DNA of 64,000 bases. Source: an uncultured delta proteobacterium (GTDB lineage Bacteria; Desulfobacterota; Desulfobacteria; Desulfobacterales; JAFDCJ01). The position numbers and the translations under genes are program-made. This document shows, in pieces, positions 22,463 to 32,507 of this stretch; within the stretch, counting starts at the first letter, position 1, and every line of letters starts with the position of its first letter. A model generated the notes under the pieces. The model did no database searches, was not told the origin of the DNA, and saw only the letters and a list, made by a program, of their open reading frames with translations. The stretch spans positions 32,001 through 96,000 of the forward strand of contig CAVYNY010000035.1 of NCBI GenBank assembly GCA_963769935.1. The letters run 5' to 3'.

Positions 22463-22978
22463 ATGAGTGATTTAATAGTTGTTGCTTTTGATGACGAATT
22501 CAAGGCGGACCGGGTCCGCCTTGAGCTTTTGCAAATGCAGCATGATCATCTGGTGGATCTGGAAGAGGCAGCCGTGGTGGTCCATAAAAAGGACGGTAAA
22601 GTTAAACTCCATCATGTCACCCATTTTACGGTTCCCGTTGCTCTGGGTGGAGGATTTGTCGGCAGCCTGGTCGGGTTGATCCTGATAAATCCTGTTTTGG
22701 CTCTTTTCGGACTTGTGGCCGGCACGGGGCTGGGAGCGGTTATCGGCTCCTTAAAGGAGATCGGTATCGATGACAAGTTTATGAAGGATCTTGGGTCCCA
22801 CCTCAAACCAGGTACCTCCGCCCTATTCATCGTTGCCAAAAAGGCCAAACCCGAAGCCATTCTGAATGAACTCAAGAAGTTCGGGGGTAAAGTGCTTCAG
22901 ACGTCACTAAAACATGATGATGAAGATAAGCTTCGGGCAGCCCTCGATGCAGTAAAATCAGGCACCAATACCGAATAG
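22463..22978 (+). CDS. DUF1269-family membrane protein
   Basis: MSDLIVVAF start, Gly-rich hydrophobic hairpin, GIDDKFMK...LKPGTSALF...GGKVLQTSL. Confidence 0.85.
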   Translation: MSDLIVVAFDDEFKADRVRLELLQMQHDHLVDLEEAAVVVHKKDGKVKLHHVTHFTVPVALGGGFVGSLVGLILINPVLALFGLVAGTGLGAVIGSLKEIGIDDKFMKDLGSHLKPGTSALFIVAKKAKPEAILNELKKFGGKVLQTSLKHDDEDKLRAALDAVKSGTNTE

Positions 22979-22995
22979 GGACGGGCAAAAAGAAA

Positions 22996-23015
22996 TGATT
23001 GACGCTGATCAATCA
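22996..23015. promoter_or_regulatory. FNR/CRP-family-like palindrome TGATTGACGCTGATCAATCA upstream of cyoA
   Basis: Core TTGAC-GCTG-ATCAA (22999-23012) matches 9 of the 10 specified bases of the FNR consensus TTGAT-N4-ATCAA. Confidence 0.45.
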
Positions 23016-23220
23016 AACAGGTTATTTGTATGATTATCGAGCGCGGCCGTTTTCACCCGTGAGGTCTTCTCCGGTTGATATGTAAGCCAACGCCGGTTTA
23101 TTTTGTCTTGCGGCTGACGTTTTTTGTCGTATTTTCCTGTGTATTTTTCGTTTCCATGGCAGCCGACATCCGATTCTTGATCTACAAATGCAAAGCCCCT
23201 CGCGCCGGTGGGATGAAAAG

Positions 23221-24141
23221 TTGAAGAGAAAAATCAAATCCGTTTTGCACGGGGTGTCATCGTTAGGTGCCGCGGCCTTCCTGGGGGGCTGCAGCCAATG
23301 GCTTTTGTTCCACCCTAAAGGACCCATCGGCCAAGCCGAGCGCTCCGTCATTATTGCGGCTTTCCTGCTCATGCTGATTGTGGTTCTGCCTGTCTTTGTC
23401 ATGGTCTTCTGGTTTGCCCGCAGATACAGGGCTTCCAACCAAAAAGCGACTTACAGGCCGAAATGGAGCTATTCCGGTAAGATCGATTTGGCAATGTGGC
23501 TGGTTCCCCTGGCAATCGTCATAGCCCTCGGCATCGTATCCTGGCGCGCCACCTTCAGCCTGGATCCTTTCAAGCCGATCGCATCCGACGTCAAGCCGAT
23601 CCATATCGAAATTGTGTCCCTGGACTGGAAATGGCTGTTCATTTACCCGGACTACGACATCGCCGTCGTCAATCAATTTGTTTTTCCCGCCAAGGTGCCC
23701 CTGAACTTCAAGCTTACATCGGCCACGGTGTTGACTTCTTTTTTCATCCCGCAGCTGGGAAGCCAGATTTATGCCATGGCAGGCAGGCAGAGCCGGTTGC
23801 ATTTGATGGCGGATGAGCCGGGCACCTATGCCGGCCACAATCAGCAGTTCAGCGGCCGCGGTTACGCCGACATGCACTTTCAGGCGATTGCCGTTTCCCG
23901 GTCGCAATTTGAAGCGTGGGTGCAAAACACCAGACGTTCACCGGATAAACTTGATGCGGTGCGCTATGAGGAACTCGCAAAACCGAGCGTCATTCATCCC
24001 GTGACATATTTCTCCTCGGTCGCGCCGGGGCTGTTCGACCGCATCGTCGGCCAATACCTGCCCAAGGGCATGCAACCCGGCGCCGGGCGCCGGGATTCCG
24101 GTTCCGGCGGCATAAAAATCGGTTCGTTGGAGGGGCGTTGA
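23221..24141 (+). CDS. cyoA: Cytochrome bo3 quinol oxidase subunit II (start uncertain; in-frame ATG at 23188)
   Basis: Lipobox [38 protein letters not shown]; no CuA cysteines. Confidence 0.94.
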   Translation: MKRKIKSVLHGVSSLGAAAFLGGCSQWLLFHPKGPIGQAERSVIIAAFLLMLIVVLPVFVMVFWFARRYRASNQKATYRPKWSYSGKIDLAMWLVPLAIVIALGIVSWRATFSLDPFKPIASDVKPIHIEIVSLDWKWLFIYPDYDIAVVNQFVFPAKVPLNFKLTSATVLTSFFIPQLGSQIYAMAGRQSRLHLMADEPGTYAGHNQQFSGRGYADMHFQAIAVSRSQFEAWVQNTRRSPDKLDAVRYEELAKPSVIHPVTYFSSVAPGLFDRIVGQYLPKGMQPGAGRRDSGSGGIKIGSLEGR

Positions 24142-24142
24142 T

Positions 24143-26170
24143 ATGTTCGGGAAGTTAAGCCTTGCGGTCATACCTTTCGATAACCCGATCATTATGGGCG
24201 CCGTCGGCGGCACGATCCTGCTGGCCCTGGTGATCCTGGCCCTGATCACCTACTACCGCAAGTGGACCTACCTCTGGAAGGAGTGGCTGACCAGCCTCGA
24301 CCACAAAAAAATCGGCATCATGTATATCATCCTGGCGCTGATCATGCTGCTGCGCGGCTTCTCCGATGCGATTCTGATGCGCTCCCAGCAGGCCCTCGCC
24401 GCCGCCGGATCGCACGGCTACCTGCCGCCGGGACACTTCGACCAGATTTTCACGGCCCACGGCACGATCATGATCGTTTTCATGGCCATGCCGTTTCTGG
24501 CCGGACTGATCAATATCGTCGTGCCGCAGCAGATCGGGGCGCGAGATGTGGCCTTTCCCTTTTTGAACGCAGTCAGTCTCTGGCTGACCGCCGCCGGGGC
24601 CCTGCTGGTGATGGTATCGCTGGGGGTGGGCGAATTTTCCAAGGCCGGCTGGTCCGGATACGCACCTTTGGTCGAACGACAATACAGCCCCACCACCGGT
24701 GTCGACTATTGGATGTGGGCTTTCCAGATCGCCGGTGTGGGTTCGCTGATGACCAGCATCAACTTTCTGGTCACGATTCTGAGAATGCGTGCTCCGGGCA
24801 TGACGCTCATGCGAATGCCGATGTTCGTCTGGACGGCATTTTTCACCTCGGTGCTGATGGCGTTTGCGTTTCCGGTGCTGACCGTCGCTCTCGCCCTGCT
24901 GACGCTTGACCGCTATCTGGGCATGCATTTTTTCAGCAACACGATGGGCGGCGAGATCATGATGTATATCAACCTATTCTGGATCTGGGGGCATCCCGAG
25001 GTCTATATCGTCATCCTGCCCGCCTTCGGCGTCTTCTCGGAAGTCGTTGCCACCTTCTGCGGTAAGCGGCTGTTCGGCTATCGGTCCATGGTTTATGCCA
25101 CTGCGGCCATCATGGTTTTGTCCTTTTCCGTCTGGTTGCACCATTTTTTCACCATGGGCGCCGGTCCCGACGTCAACATCTTTTTCGGCATTACAACCAT
25201 GCTGATCGCCATCCCTACGGGGGTGAAGATCTTCAACTGGCTTTTCACCATGTATCGCGGCCGCCTGCGGTTCACGACACCCATGTACTGGACCCTGGGA
25301 TTTATCGAAACCTTTGCCGTGGGCGGCATCGCCGGCGTGCTGATGTCTCTGCCGCCCGCCGACTATGTGCTCCACAACAGCCTGTTTCTGGTTGCCCACT
25401 TCCACACCATGCTGATCCCCGGCTCGGTGTTTGGCTTTTTCGCCGGCTACTATTACTGGTTTCCCAAGGCCATCGGTTTTCCCCTGAACGAAAAGTTGGG
25501 CAAATGGGCATTCTGGGCCTGGATCATCGGCTTCTACCTTGCATTTGTACCGTTGTATGTACTGGGTTTCATGGGCATGCCGCGCCGCATGGAGCATTAT
25601 GCCAATCCGGCCTGGCAGCCCTATTTGATCATTGCCGCCGGTGGTGCCGCCGTGATCCTGATCGGCATTTTTTTACAGCTGATTCAATTGGCCGTGAGCA
25701 TCAGGCAGCGCCATGCCACCCGTGACCTGACCGGCGATCCCTGGAACGGCCGCACTTTGGAATGGGCGACATCTTCCCCCCCGGCGGTCTACAATTTCGC
25801 GCAGCCGCCCGTCGTGCAAGACATCGACGCCTTCATGGACATGAAGGAAAAAAACATCGCCTACCGGCAGCCGGACCGATACAGCGACATTCACCTGCCG
25901 AAGAACACGGCCAAGGCTTTGATCAACGGCGCCCTGGTCTTCCTGTTCGGTTTTTCCATGGTCTGGCATATCTGGTGGTTGGCGATCTTTTGCGCCTTGG
26001 GCATATTTTTTACGCTGATCGTCCGCGCATCCGATGACGACACGCATTACACGGTGCCGGCCGCGGAGGTCGAGCGGATCGAGAACCGGCGCTACCGGCA
26101 GTTGACGACCGCTGCGGGCAGCCGCCCGGCCGGCGGACAAACCTCTCTGCAACCTTCACCGGCGGGTTAA
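24143..26170 (+). CDS. cyoB: Cytochrome bo3 quinol oxidase subunit I
   Basis: MFGKLSL start, LRGFSDA and [10 protein letters not shown] (quinol-site R/D/H/Q), [17 protein letters not shown]. Confidence 0.97.
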   Translation: MFGKLSLAVIPFDNPIIMGAVGGTILLALVILALITYYRKWTYLWKEWLTSLDHKKIGIMYIILALIMLLRGFSDAILMRSQQALAAAGSHGYLPPGHFDQIFTAHGTIMIVFMAMPFLAGLINIVVPQQIGARDVAFPFLNAVSLWLTAAGALLVMVSLGVGEFSKAGWSGYAPLVERQYSPTTGVDYWMWAFQIAGVGSLMTSINFLVTILRMRAPGMTLMRMPMFVWTAFFTSVLMAFAFPVLTVALALLTLDRYLGMHFFSNTMGGEIMMYINLFWIWGHPEVYIVILPAFGVFSEVVATFCGKRLFGYRSMVYATAAIMVLSFSVWLHHFFTMGAGPDVNIFFGITTMLIAIPTGVKIFNWLFTMYRGRLRFTTPMYWTLGFIETFAVGGIAGVLMSLPPADYVLHNSLFLVAHFHTMLIPGSVFGFFAGYYYWFPKAIGFPLNEKLGKWAFWAWIIGFYLAFVPLYVLGFMGMPRRMEHYANPAWQPYLIIAAGGAAVILIGIFLQLIQLAVSIRQRHATRDLTGDPWNGRTLEWATSSPPAVYNFAQPPVVQDIDAFMDMKEKNIAYRQPDRYSDIHLPKNTAKALINGALVFLFGFSMVWHIWWLAIFCALGIFFTLIVRASDDDTHYTVPAAEVERIENRRYRQLTTAAGSRPAGGQTSLQPSPAG

Positions 26171-26174
26171 AAAA

Positions 26175-26789
26175 ATGAAAGCTGACGCTTCGACCATCAA
26201 CTCCGTTCAGGTCGGAGAATTCGAACACTCCGACACCGTAGCGAACCAGGCCTTCGGATTCTGGATCTACCTCATGACCGACCTGGTGCTGTTTGCGTCG
26301 ATTTTTGCGACCTTTGCCGTTTTGTCCCATAACTATGCGGGTGGTCCGACGGGAAAAGAGCTGTTTGACCTGCGCTATCTTTTCGTTGAAACCATGATCC
26401 TGCTGGTCAGCAGCGCCACCTACGGTCTGGCCGTGCTGGCCCTGCACAATGACCGCAAGGCTTTGGTCCTGGTGTGGCTCATGGTTACGTTCCTGCTGGG
26501 TTTCGGATTCATCGGCATGGAAATCAATGAATTTTATCACTTGATCCTCGACGGCCACGGTCCGCAGCGCAGCGGATTTCTTTCGGCCTTTTTCACCCTG
26601 GTGGGCACCCACGGCGGCCACGTGGCCTGCGGACTGATCTGGATGGCGGTGATGATGGGCCAAGTCCTCGTCAAAGGCTTGACAACGCCCGTTCGATCCC
26701 GCCTGATTCGCCTGAGCATGTTCTGGCACTTTCTGGATATCGTGTGGATAGGCGTATTCACAATTGTCTACCTGATGGGGGTCATTTAA
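26175..26789 (+). CDS. cyoC: Cytochrome bo3 quinol oxidase subunit III
   Basis: FGFWIYLMTD, SGFLSAFFTLVGTHG, FWHFLDIVWI. Confidence 0.95.
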   Translation: MKADASTINSVQVGEFEHSDTVANQAFGFWIYLMTDLVLFASIFATFAVLSHNYAGGPTGKELFDLRYLFVETMILLVSSATYGLAVLALHNDRKALVLVWLMVTFLLGFGFIGMEINEFYHLILDGHGPQRSGFLSAFFTLVGTHGGHVACGLIWMAVMMGQVLVKGLTTPVRSRLIRLSMFWHFLDIVWIGVFTIVYLMGVI

Positions 26790-26790
26790 A

Positions 26791-27120
26791 ATGAAGCAAG
26801 TACCTATCGACAGCACCGGTGCGCGGCGGGGCAGCTTAAAATCCTATGGCACCGGCTTTGTGCTTTCCGTCGTGCTGACCGTTTTATCATTTGCGCTGGT
26901 GATGAGCGGCAAGTTTTCCCGTTCAGCCATATTAATCGGTATCCTTGGCGCGGCTGTCGCGCAGATCCTGGTGCACCTGCACTATTTCCTGCATCTGGAC
27001 ACCTCCTCGGCCATGCGATGGAACCTGATGGCCCTGGTGTTCGCTGTTTTGGTGATAATCCTGTTCGTCGGCGGAACGCTCTGGATCATGTACCACCTGC
27101 ATTACCGTATGATGGCATAA
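26791..27120 (+). CDS. cyoD: Cytochrome bo3 quinol oxidase subunit IV
   Basis: [30 protein letters not shown]. Confidence 0.95.
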   Translation: MKQVPIDSTGARRGSLKSYGTGFVLSVVLTVLSFALVMSGKFSRSAILIGILGAAVAQILVHLHYFLHLDTSSAMRWNLMALVFAVLVIILFVGGTLWIMYHLHYRMMA

Positions 27121-28022
27121 TGACTGAATTAATCAAAAACTATTTGCGTGTTGCCAAACCGGGGATCGTTTTCGGCAACCTGATCACGGCCGCGGGCGGT
27201 TTTTTCCTTGCCGCCAGGGGGCAAATTGATTTCGGCTTGCTGCTGCCGGTTGTCGGCGGCATATCGCTGGTTGTCGCCTCCGGCTGTGTATTCAACAATT
27301 TGATTGATCGAAGCCTGGACCGCAAAATGGTCCGAACGCGCAACCGGGTCCTCGCCCGACGACTGATATCGCCGAAAACCGCCGTTTGCTACGCCGCGCT
27401 GCTGGGAATCGGGGGTACGGTCCTGATCCAGGCGGCAGCCAACATGCTGTCCGTCGCCATCGTGCTGACGGGTTTTGCGGTCTACGTGGGCGTTTACAGT
27501 TTGTATCTGAAACGACACTCCGTTTACGGCACCCTGATCGGCAGCCTGGCAGGGGCCGCGCCACCGCTGGCAGGGTACTGCGCGGTCAGCGGCCGCTTCG
27601 ACATGGGAGCGCTGATCCTGCTGGCGATATTCAGCCTGTGGCAAATGCCGCACTGTTACACCATCGCCATTTACCGACGTGATGATTACGCTGCGGCCCA
27701 AATTCCGGTGCTGTCGCTCAGCCATAGTACGGCCGGGGTAAAGAAGCATATTCTCGGTTACCTGCTGGCCTTTATGGCAGCCAGCCTGATGCTGACTTTC
27801 GGTGGATATACCGGATACAGCTATCTTGTCGTGGCTATCGTGGTGGGTCTGTCATTGCTGTATCTGGCCTGGTCGGGCAACAAGACAGCCGACGACCGCC
27901 GCTGGGCCAGAAAGCTGTTTGTTTTCTCCATTTTGACCATTTTTGCCCTGTGCGTCATGATGTCAATCGATGCCGTGGTGCCTGTCGCTTCGAACAGGCT
28001 TCTGACCTATTTGATCCCATAG
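27120..28022 (+). CDS. cyoE: Heme O synthase (protoheme IX farnesyltransferase)
   Basis: [34 protein letters not shown] at 27120 overlaps the cyoD stop. Confidence 0.95.
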   Translation: MTELIKNYLRVAKPGIVFGNLITAAGGFFLAARGQIDFGLLLPVVGGISLVVASGCVFNNLIDRSLDRKMVRTRNRVLARRLISPKTAVCYAALLGIGGTVLIQAAANMLSVAIVLTGFAVYVGVYSLYLKRHSVYGTLIGSLAGAAPPLAGYCAVSGRFDMGALILLAIFSLWQMPHCYTIAIYRRDDYAAAQIPVLSLSHSTAGVKKHILGYLLAFMAASLMLTFGGYTGYSYLVVAIVVGLSLLYLAWSGNKTADDRRWARKLFVFSILTIFALCVMMSIDAVVPVASNRLLTYLIP

Positions 28023-28089
28023 AAAATTAATAAAGTCACATTGAGAGTCTGTTGTCGCTAATCACAGCCTGATTTTTTTGATATTCCCG

Positions 28090-28154
28090 GTTTCGGTCAT
28101 TGATAATTGTGATTTGGAATTTATTTGATAATTGGTGCTTGTGATTTGGAATTT
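28090..28154. repeat. 65-bp arm of a dispersed AT-rich inverted-repeat family
   Basis: Its reverse complement matches 57060-57124 at about 57/65 positions by eye, and it resembles 45970-46034 directly. Confidence 0.75.
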
Positions 28155-28224
28155 AAACCATACAGGCCTTATTTTGTTATTCGTTTTCTGCTTTAAGGGT
28201 CAAAAACAGCTTATCGGCAGATAA

Positions 28225-30147
28225 TTATACTTCCACCTGTACACCGAGCTCGATGACGCGGTCACGCGGAATGCCGAAAAAAGCCGTGGCTCGCAGTGCA
28301 TTGCGTGACATGAAGGCGAAGAGGGCCGACCTCCAGAAGATCATTCCCAATTTCTTTGATGGTATAATTGTTTCGCGTCCCAGAAAAAAAGATGTTTCCG
28401 AAAGCTCGATCTCCAGATCGGCCGATTTGCACCATCTGAGAATTTTCCGTATATCGGGATCCTCCATAAAGCCGTGTCGAGCGGTAACGCGATAAAAACG
28501 CTGTCCCAAATCTTCAGTCTCGATCCGCTTTTGCCCTCGCAGGTAGGGAACGTTGCGGGTGATGACCGTCAGTAAGACTACTTGCTCATGCAGCACCTTG
28601 TTGTGTTCGAGCTGATACAGCAGTGCCGGGGGAACGCCGTAGGTGCTGCCCGTCAAAAACACGGCGGTTCCGGGCACCCGCTGCGGAGGATCCGCCTGCA
28701 ACTTATCAAGATACTTTTCGATCGGAATTCGACTCTCCTTCAGATGCTTCCAGAGAAGCCGTCTGCCTGTTTTCCAGGTGGACATCAGCGTGTAAACCGA
28801 TGCTGCGACGAGAAGCGGAAACCAGCCGCCCTGATAGAATTTGGTCAGATTAGCCCCAAAAAATGTGAGATCTGGAATCAGAAACAGGATCGTAACAATA
28901 CCGGCCGGCAGCCAGCCCCATTGCCAGACCTCGCGTGCAACCACATAAGCCAGAACGGTGGTGATCACCATGGTGGTGGACACCGCCATGCCGTATGCCG
29001 CCGCAAGGTTGGTGGATTGTTGAAACCCGATTACCAGAATGATCGTTGCCGTCATCAGGGTCCAGTTCACCGTTCCCATATAGACCTGACCAATTTCCTC
29101 GCGCGATGTGTGATCGATTTTCATGCGAGGACAGTAATCCAGCTGGATGGCCTGCCGGGTCAGCGAAAACGCGCCCGAAATTACTGCTTGAGATGCAATG
29201 ACGGTCGCCATGGTGGCGACAACCACTAAAGGATACAAGGCCCAGGGGGGCGCCAGCCGATAGAACGGGTTTTCTACAGCCCGGGGGTCCGCCAGGAGCA
29301 AAGCGCCCTGGCCGAAATAGTTCAACAGCAGAGACGGCAGTACCCAACTGAACCAGGCCAGTCGAATGGGTGCGGATCCGAAATGGCCCATATCGGCATA
29401 CAGTGCTTCGCCGCCTGTAACCACTAGAAAAACAATGCCGAGAATCGTAAACCCCTGCCAGCCGTTGGCAAGAAAGAATCGGATGGCATACCCGGGGTAT
29501 GCTGCCCTCAGAACATCGGGCCGGTGGATAATTCCCCCGATTCCGAGAACAGCCAGAAGTGCAAACCAGAAAAGCATTACCAGACCGAAGACCGACCCCA
29601 CTATCCGTGTACCTTGCCGCTGAAAGGAGAAGAGCAGAATTAAGATGACGATTGTAATCGGAAGGACGTAAGGTTTGAAAAACGGCGCGGCCACCTCCAG
29701 GCCTTCGACCGAACTGAGCACTGAAATTGCCGGCGTGATGGTGCCGTCTCCATAAAGCAGCGCGGCACCAAAAATCCCCATGGCGACAATGAACCACCGC
29801 TTTTTCCCGGCCGTGCCGTTGTTCGGATGGATCAAGGCCATGAGTGCCAGTATGCCTCCCTCGCCCTTGTTTTCGGCCCGCATGATATAGACGATATATT
29901 TGATCGATATAACGAGAATCAGCGACCAAAAAATAAGCGACAATACCCCCATAACGTTGGCGTCGGTCAGCGATACCCCGTAGGTGCCATGGAAACACGT
30001 CCGTATGGCATACAGCGGGCTTGTACCGATGTCGCCGTAGACCACACCCAGAGCTGCAAGCGAGAGCAGCGCAAGCTGCTTGCCGGTGGGCGCCTGATCG
30101 GTCTCGGCGGCTCCGGGTTCGAGTTGATTTTCCAGAGGCTTTGGCAT
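28225..30147 (-). CDS. kup: Kup potassium uptake transporter (copy 1; alternative TTG start at 30156)
   Basis: LGVVYGDIGTSPLY, YGDGTITPAISV, TGGEALYADMGHFG, SFFLGRE, IELGVQVEV. Confidence 0.96.
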   Translation of the reverse strand: MPKPLENQLEPGAAETDQAPTGKQLALLSLAALGVVYGDIGTSPLYAIRTCFHGTYGVSLTDANVMGVLSLIFWSLILVISIKYIVYIMRAENKGEGGILALMALIHPNNGTAGKKRWFIVAMGIFGAALLYGDGTITPAISVLSSVEGLEVAAPFFKPYVLPITIVILILLFSFQRQGTRIVGSVFGLVMLFWFALLAVLGIGGIIHRPDVLRAAYPGYAIRFFLANGWQGFTILGIVFLVVTGGEALYADMGHFGSAPIRLAWFSWVLPSLLLNYFGQGALLLADPRAVENPFYRLAPPWALYPLVVVATMATVIASQAVISGAFSLTRQAIQLDYCPRMKIDHTSREEIGQVYMGTVNWTLMTATIILVIGFQQSTNLAAAYGMAVSTTMVITTVLAYVVAREVWQWGWLPAGIVTILFLIPDLTFFGANLTKFYQGGWFPLLVAASVYTLMSTWKTGRRLLWKHLKESRIPIEKYLDKLQADPPQRVPGTAVFLTGSTYGVPPALLYQLEHNKVLHEQVVLLTVITRNVPYLRGQKRIETEDLGQRFYRVTARHGFMEDPDIRKILRWCKSADLEIELSETSFFLGRETIIPSKKLGMIFWRSALFAFMSRNALRATAFFGIPRDRVIELGVQVEV

Positions 30148-30513
30148 AGGTGCCAATATGTTAACTCAATCATCACCTTAAAGAAAATAAGGTTAATTGT
30201 GCATTTAAAGGTAAAAAAAACGGTATTCTTTATACGAAGGGATGCGTCGACCACCACGACGAAAGCCATTATCGCATGAATCAGTTTCCATTTCGGTGCA
30301 AAAGATACAGGTTCCGGGGAGTCAAAATACATGATTGCTGGTATGGATTTTACAAACGCGGCAGATCATTTATACGGATAAAAAAAATCTTGTTCTGCCG
30401 GAAAATCGGCTCGCAACAGTTATCAATTATAGATTTGGAATACGGTTGGCGGTATCGATAATGCTGCCCGGTGAAATCATCATTTTGCTCGCCGAAACTA
30501 AGGAGGTGACTGC

Positions 30514-30861
30514 ATGTTAAAAATTTTCAACTACCGTTGTGCAGCCTTTTATATGATTCTTCTGATTATAATAGGTCTGGCCGGCACGGCGGCTGGTGAT
30601 GAATTGGCCACCGGCGCAAGTCTGTATGAAACCAAATGTCAGATATGTCACGGTGCCAATGGACGCGGCGACGGGCCGGCGGCAGCCGCTCTGAATCCCA
30701 AGCCACGCGATTTCACCAATCCCGCGTTCTGGCAGAGTAACGCCGATGAAAAAATCAAGCGGACCGTTACAAGCGGTAAAGGCATGATGCCGCCATTTAG
30801 TTTAGATAATGATGAAATTCAGGCGATTACCGATTACATGCATCACACCTTCAAAAAATAG
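30514..30861 (+). CDS. Periplasmic monoheme class I cytochrome c
   Basis: Signal peptide ending ...TAAG, CQICH, GDGPAAAALNPKPRDF, distal Met in GMMPPF; AGGAGG RBS. Confidence 0.9.
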   Translation: MLKIFNYRCAAFYMILLIIIGLAGTAAGDELATGASLYETKCQICHGANGRGDGPAAAALNPKPRDFTNPAFWQSNADEKIKRTVTSGKGMMPPFSLDNDEIQAITDYMHHTFKK

Positions 30862-31063
30862 CGCCGCGTATTTTAAAACAACAGCGGCTGCAGCCAAATT
30901 GAAACATGCTTGGCAGGCTTGTGGTCATTCCTTATCGAAGGAGAACCCCGCTGCGCTCCGACCATAGCGCTCAACGGACTCCATCAGCCTTGCTGAAGCT
31001 TATCTTTGTCTGAATTCCCGCGGTGCCCCGCCGCCGGATTGCATAAAAGAGGAGGAAGAAAGC

Positions 31064-32428
31064 ATGAGGTTAGCCCCAACTCGCAAATTCCTGTTGATTC
31101 TGGCCGTCGCCGGTTTGTTAGCGCATCTATCGGCCCGCGAGACCCAGGCCGTCCCCAGCTTCGCCCGCCAGACAGGCATGTCCTGCAACGCCTGCCACAC
31201 CGTTTGGCCGGAGCTGACCCCTTTTGGACGCACATTTAAAATGGGAGGATTTCACTTCAGCACGGTCTCCGAGAAAGCGCCCTATCGACCTCCCATCGCC
31301 GCTATGTTTCAGGCTTCCGCCACTTTCCTAAAAGACAATGACGGTATTCTCACAAACGGCATCGCCCCGTTTGACAATGCCGAGGATTCAACCACCGATA
31401 AATTCGACGTTCCCCAGCAGGCATCTCTTTTCTACGGCGGCCGAATAATCGATCATTTCGGGGCGCTTTCGCAGGTAACCTACGACGGCACCGCCAACGA
31501 TATCGCCCTGGATCTGACCGATGTCCGCTATGCGCGCAACATCTCCGTGGGGGGCACCAATTTGGATTTCGGCTTCACTTTAAACAACAGTCCAACGGTG
31601 GAAGATGTTTGGAACAGCACCCCCACCTGGGGATTTCCGTACGCTTCCTCTGCTGTGGCGCCCACACCCGCCGCCGGCGCCCTCATCGACGGTGGATTGG
31701 ATTCGCAGGTAGGAGGGCTGGGGACCTATGCCTTCTGGCACAATCTGGTTTACGCCGATTTTACCGTGTATCGAACCACGAATGACGGCATTACCCGGCC
31801 CTTGGGTGCCGGCACCACGGTCGACACGGAGACCGACGGGGCCGTCCCTTACTGGCGGTTTGCCCTGCAGCATGACTGGGGCGGCAACTCTCTGGAATTG
31901 GGTACGTATGGACTTTACGCCCGCGTCAATCCGGACGGGATGAGCGGCGGATCGAGCAACAAGTTCACCGATCTCGCCCTGGACGCCCAGTATCAATTCA
32001 TCGCTTCGCCGCACCTCTTTTCCATCCAGGGGACCTATATCCATGAAAAACAAAATTGGGACGGAAGTTACAAACTGGGTGACGTAGCCAACCGGAATTC
32101 ATCTCTGGATGTCTACAAAGCAAATGCAAACTATTACTACCGCAGTCGCTACGGCGTCTTTGGAGGAAACGTGGCCTACTTTCTGACCGACGGGGACACC
32201 GATGATTTGCTGTATTCGCCCGACCCGGTGGACGGCAGCCGTACCGGCTCGCCGGACAGCAGCGGATTCATTTTACAGGGCGACTACGTTTGGCGGGACA
32301 AATACAAATTTGTCCTGCAGTACACGATTTATGACAAATTCAACGGCTCGAGTTCAAATTACGATGGGTCGGGTCGGGACGCTTCGGATAACAACACCTT
32401 TTATGCGTTGATCTGGCTGATGTTCTGA
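31064..32428 (+). CDS. cyc2: Cyc2-family outer-membrane cytochrome c-porin fusion (putative Fe(II) oxidase / electron-uptake protein)
   Basis: Signal peptide followed by AVPSFARQTGMSCNACHTVWPELTPFGRTFK, which is the Cyc2 signature AxPxFAR[QK][TY]...CxxCH...PxL. The remainder has alternating aromatic/polar beta-strands and ends in ...ALIWLMF (C-terminal Phe beta-signal). Confidence 0.88.
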   Translation: MRLAPTRKFLLILAVAGLLAHLSARETQAVPSFARQTGMSCNACHTVWPELTPFGRTFKMGGFHFSTVSEKAPYRPPIAAMFQASATFLKDNDGILTNGIAPFDNAEDSTTDKFDVPQQASLFYGGRIIDHFGALSQVTYDGTANDIALDLTDVRYARNISVGGTNLDFGFTLNNSPTVEDVWNSTPTWGFPYASSAVAPTPAAGALIDGGLDSQVGGLGTYAFWHNLVYADFTVYRTTNDGITRPLGAGTTVDTETDGAVPYWRFALQHDWGGNSLELGTYGLYARVNPDGMSGGSSNKFTDLALDAQYQFIASPHLFSIQGTYIHEKQNWDGSYKLGDVANRNSSLDVYKANANYYYRSRYGVFGGNVAYFLTDGDTDDLLYSPDPVDGSRTGSPDSSGFILQGDYVWRDKYKFVLQYTIYDKFNGSSSNYDGSGRDASDNNTFYALIWLMF

Positions 32429-32507
32429 TGAGCCGGTGAGGCTGGATTCGACGGAACCGGCCGCCGAAGGGCGGCCTCCGCCGCTTCCGGGGTGGAGGAG
32501 ATGCATC

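Noticed and set aside
28850..29998. 382-aa alternative-frame ORF in kup, and similar long shadow ORFs (7403..8503, 15748..16647, 51878..53008, 57407..58243)
   Set aside because: They overlap well-supported genes, have no recognisable motifs and are expected at this GC content.
31064..32428. Cytochrome c1 of a bc1 complex or a multiheme Mtr/Mto-type conduit
   Set aside because: It has a single N-terminal CxxCH, a beta-barrel-like body, no C-terminal TM helix, and no Rieske, cytochrome b or decaheme neighbours.
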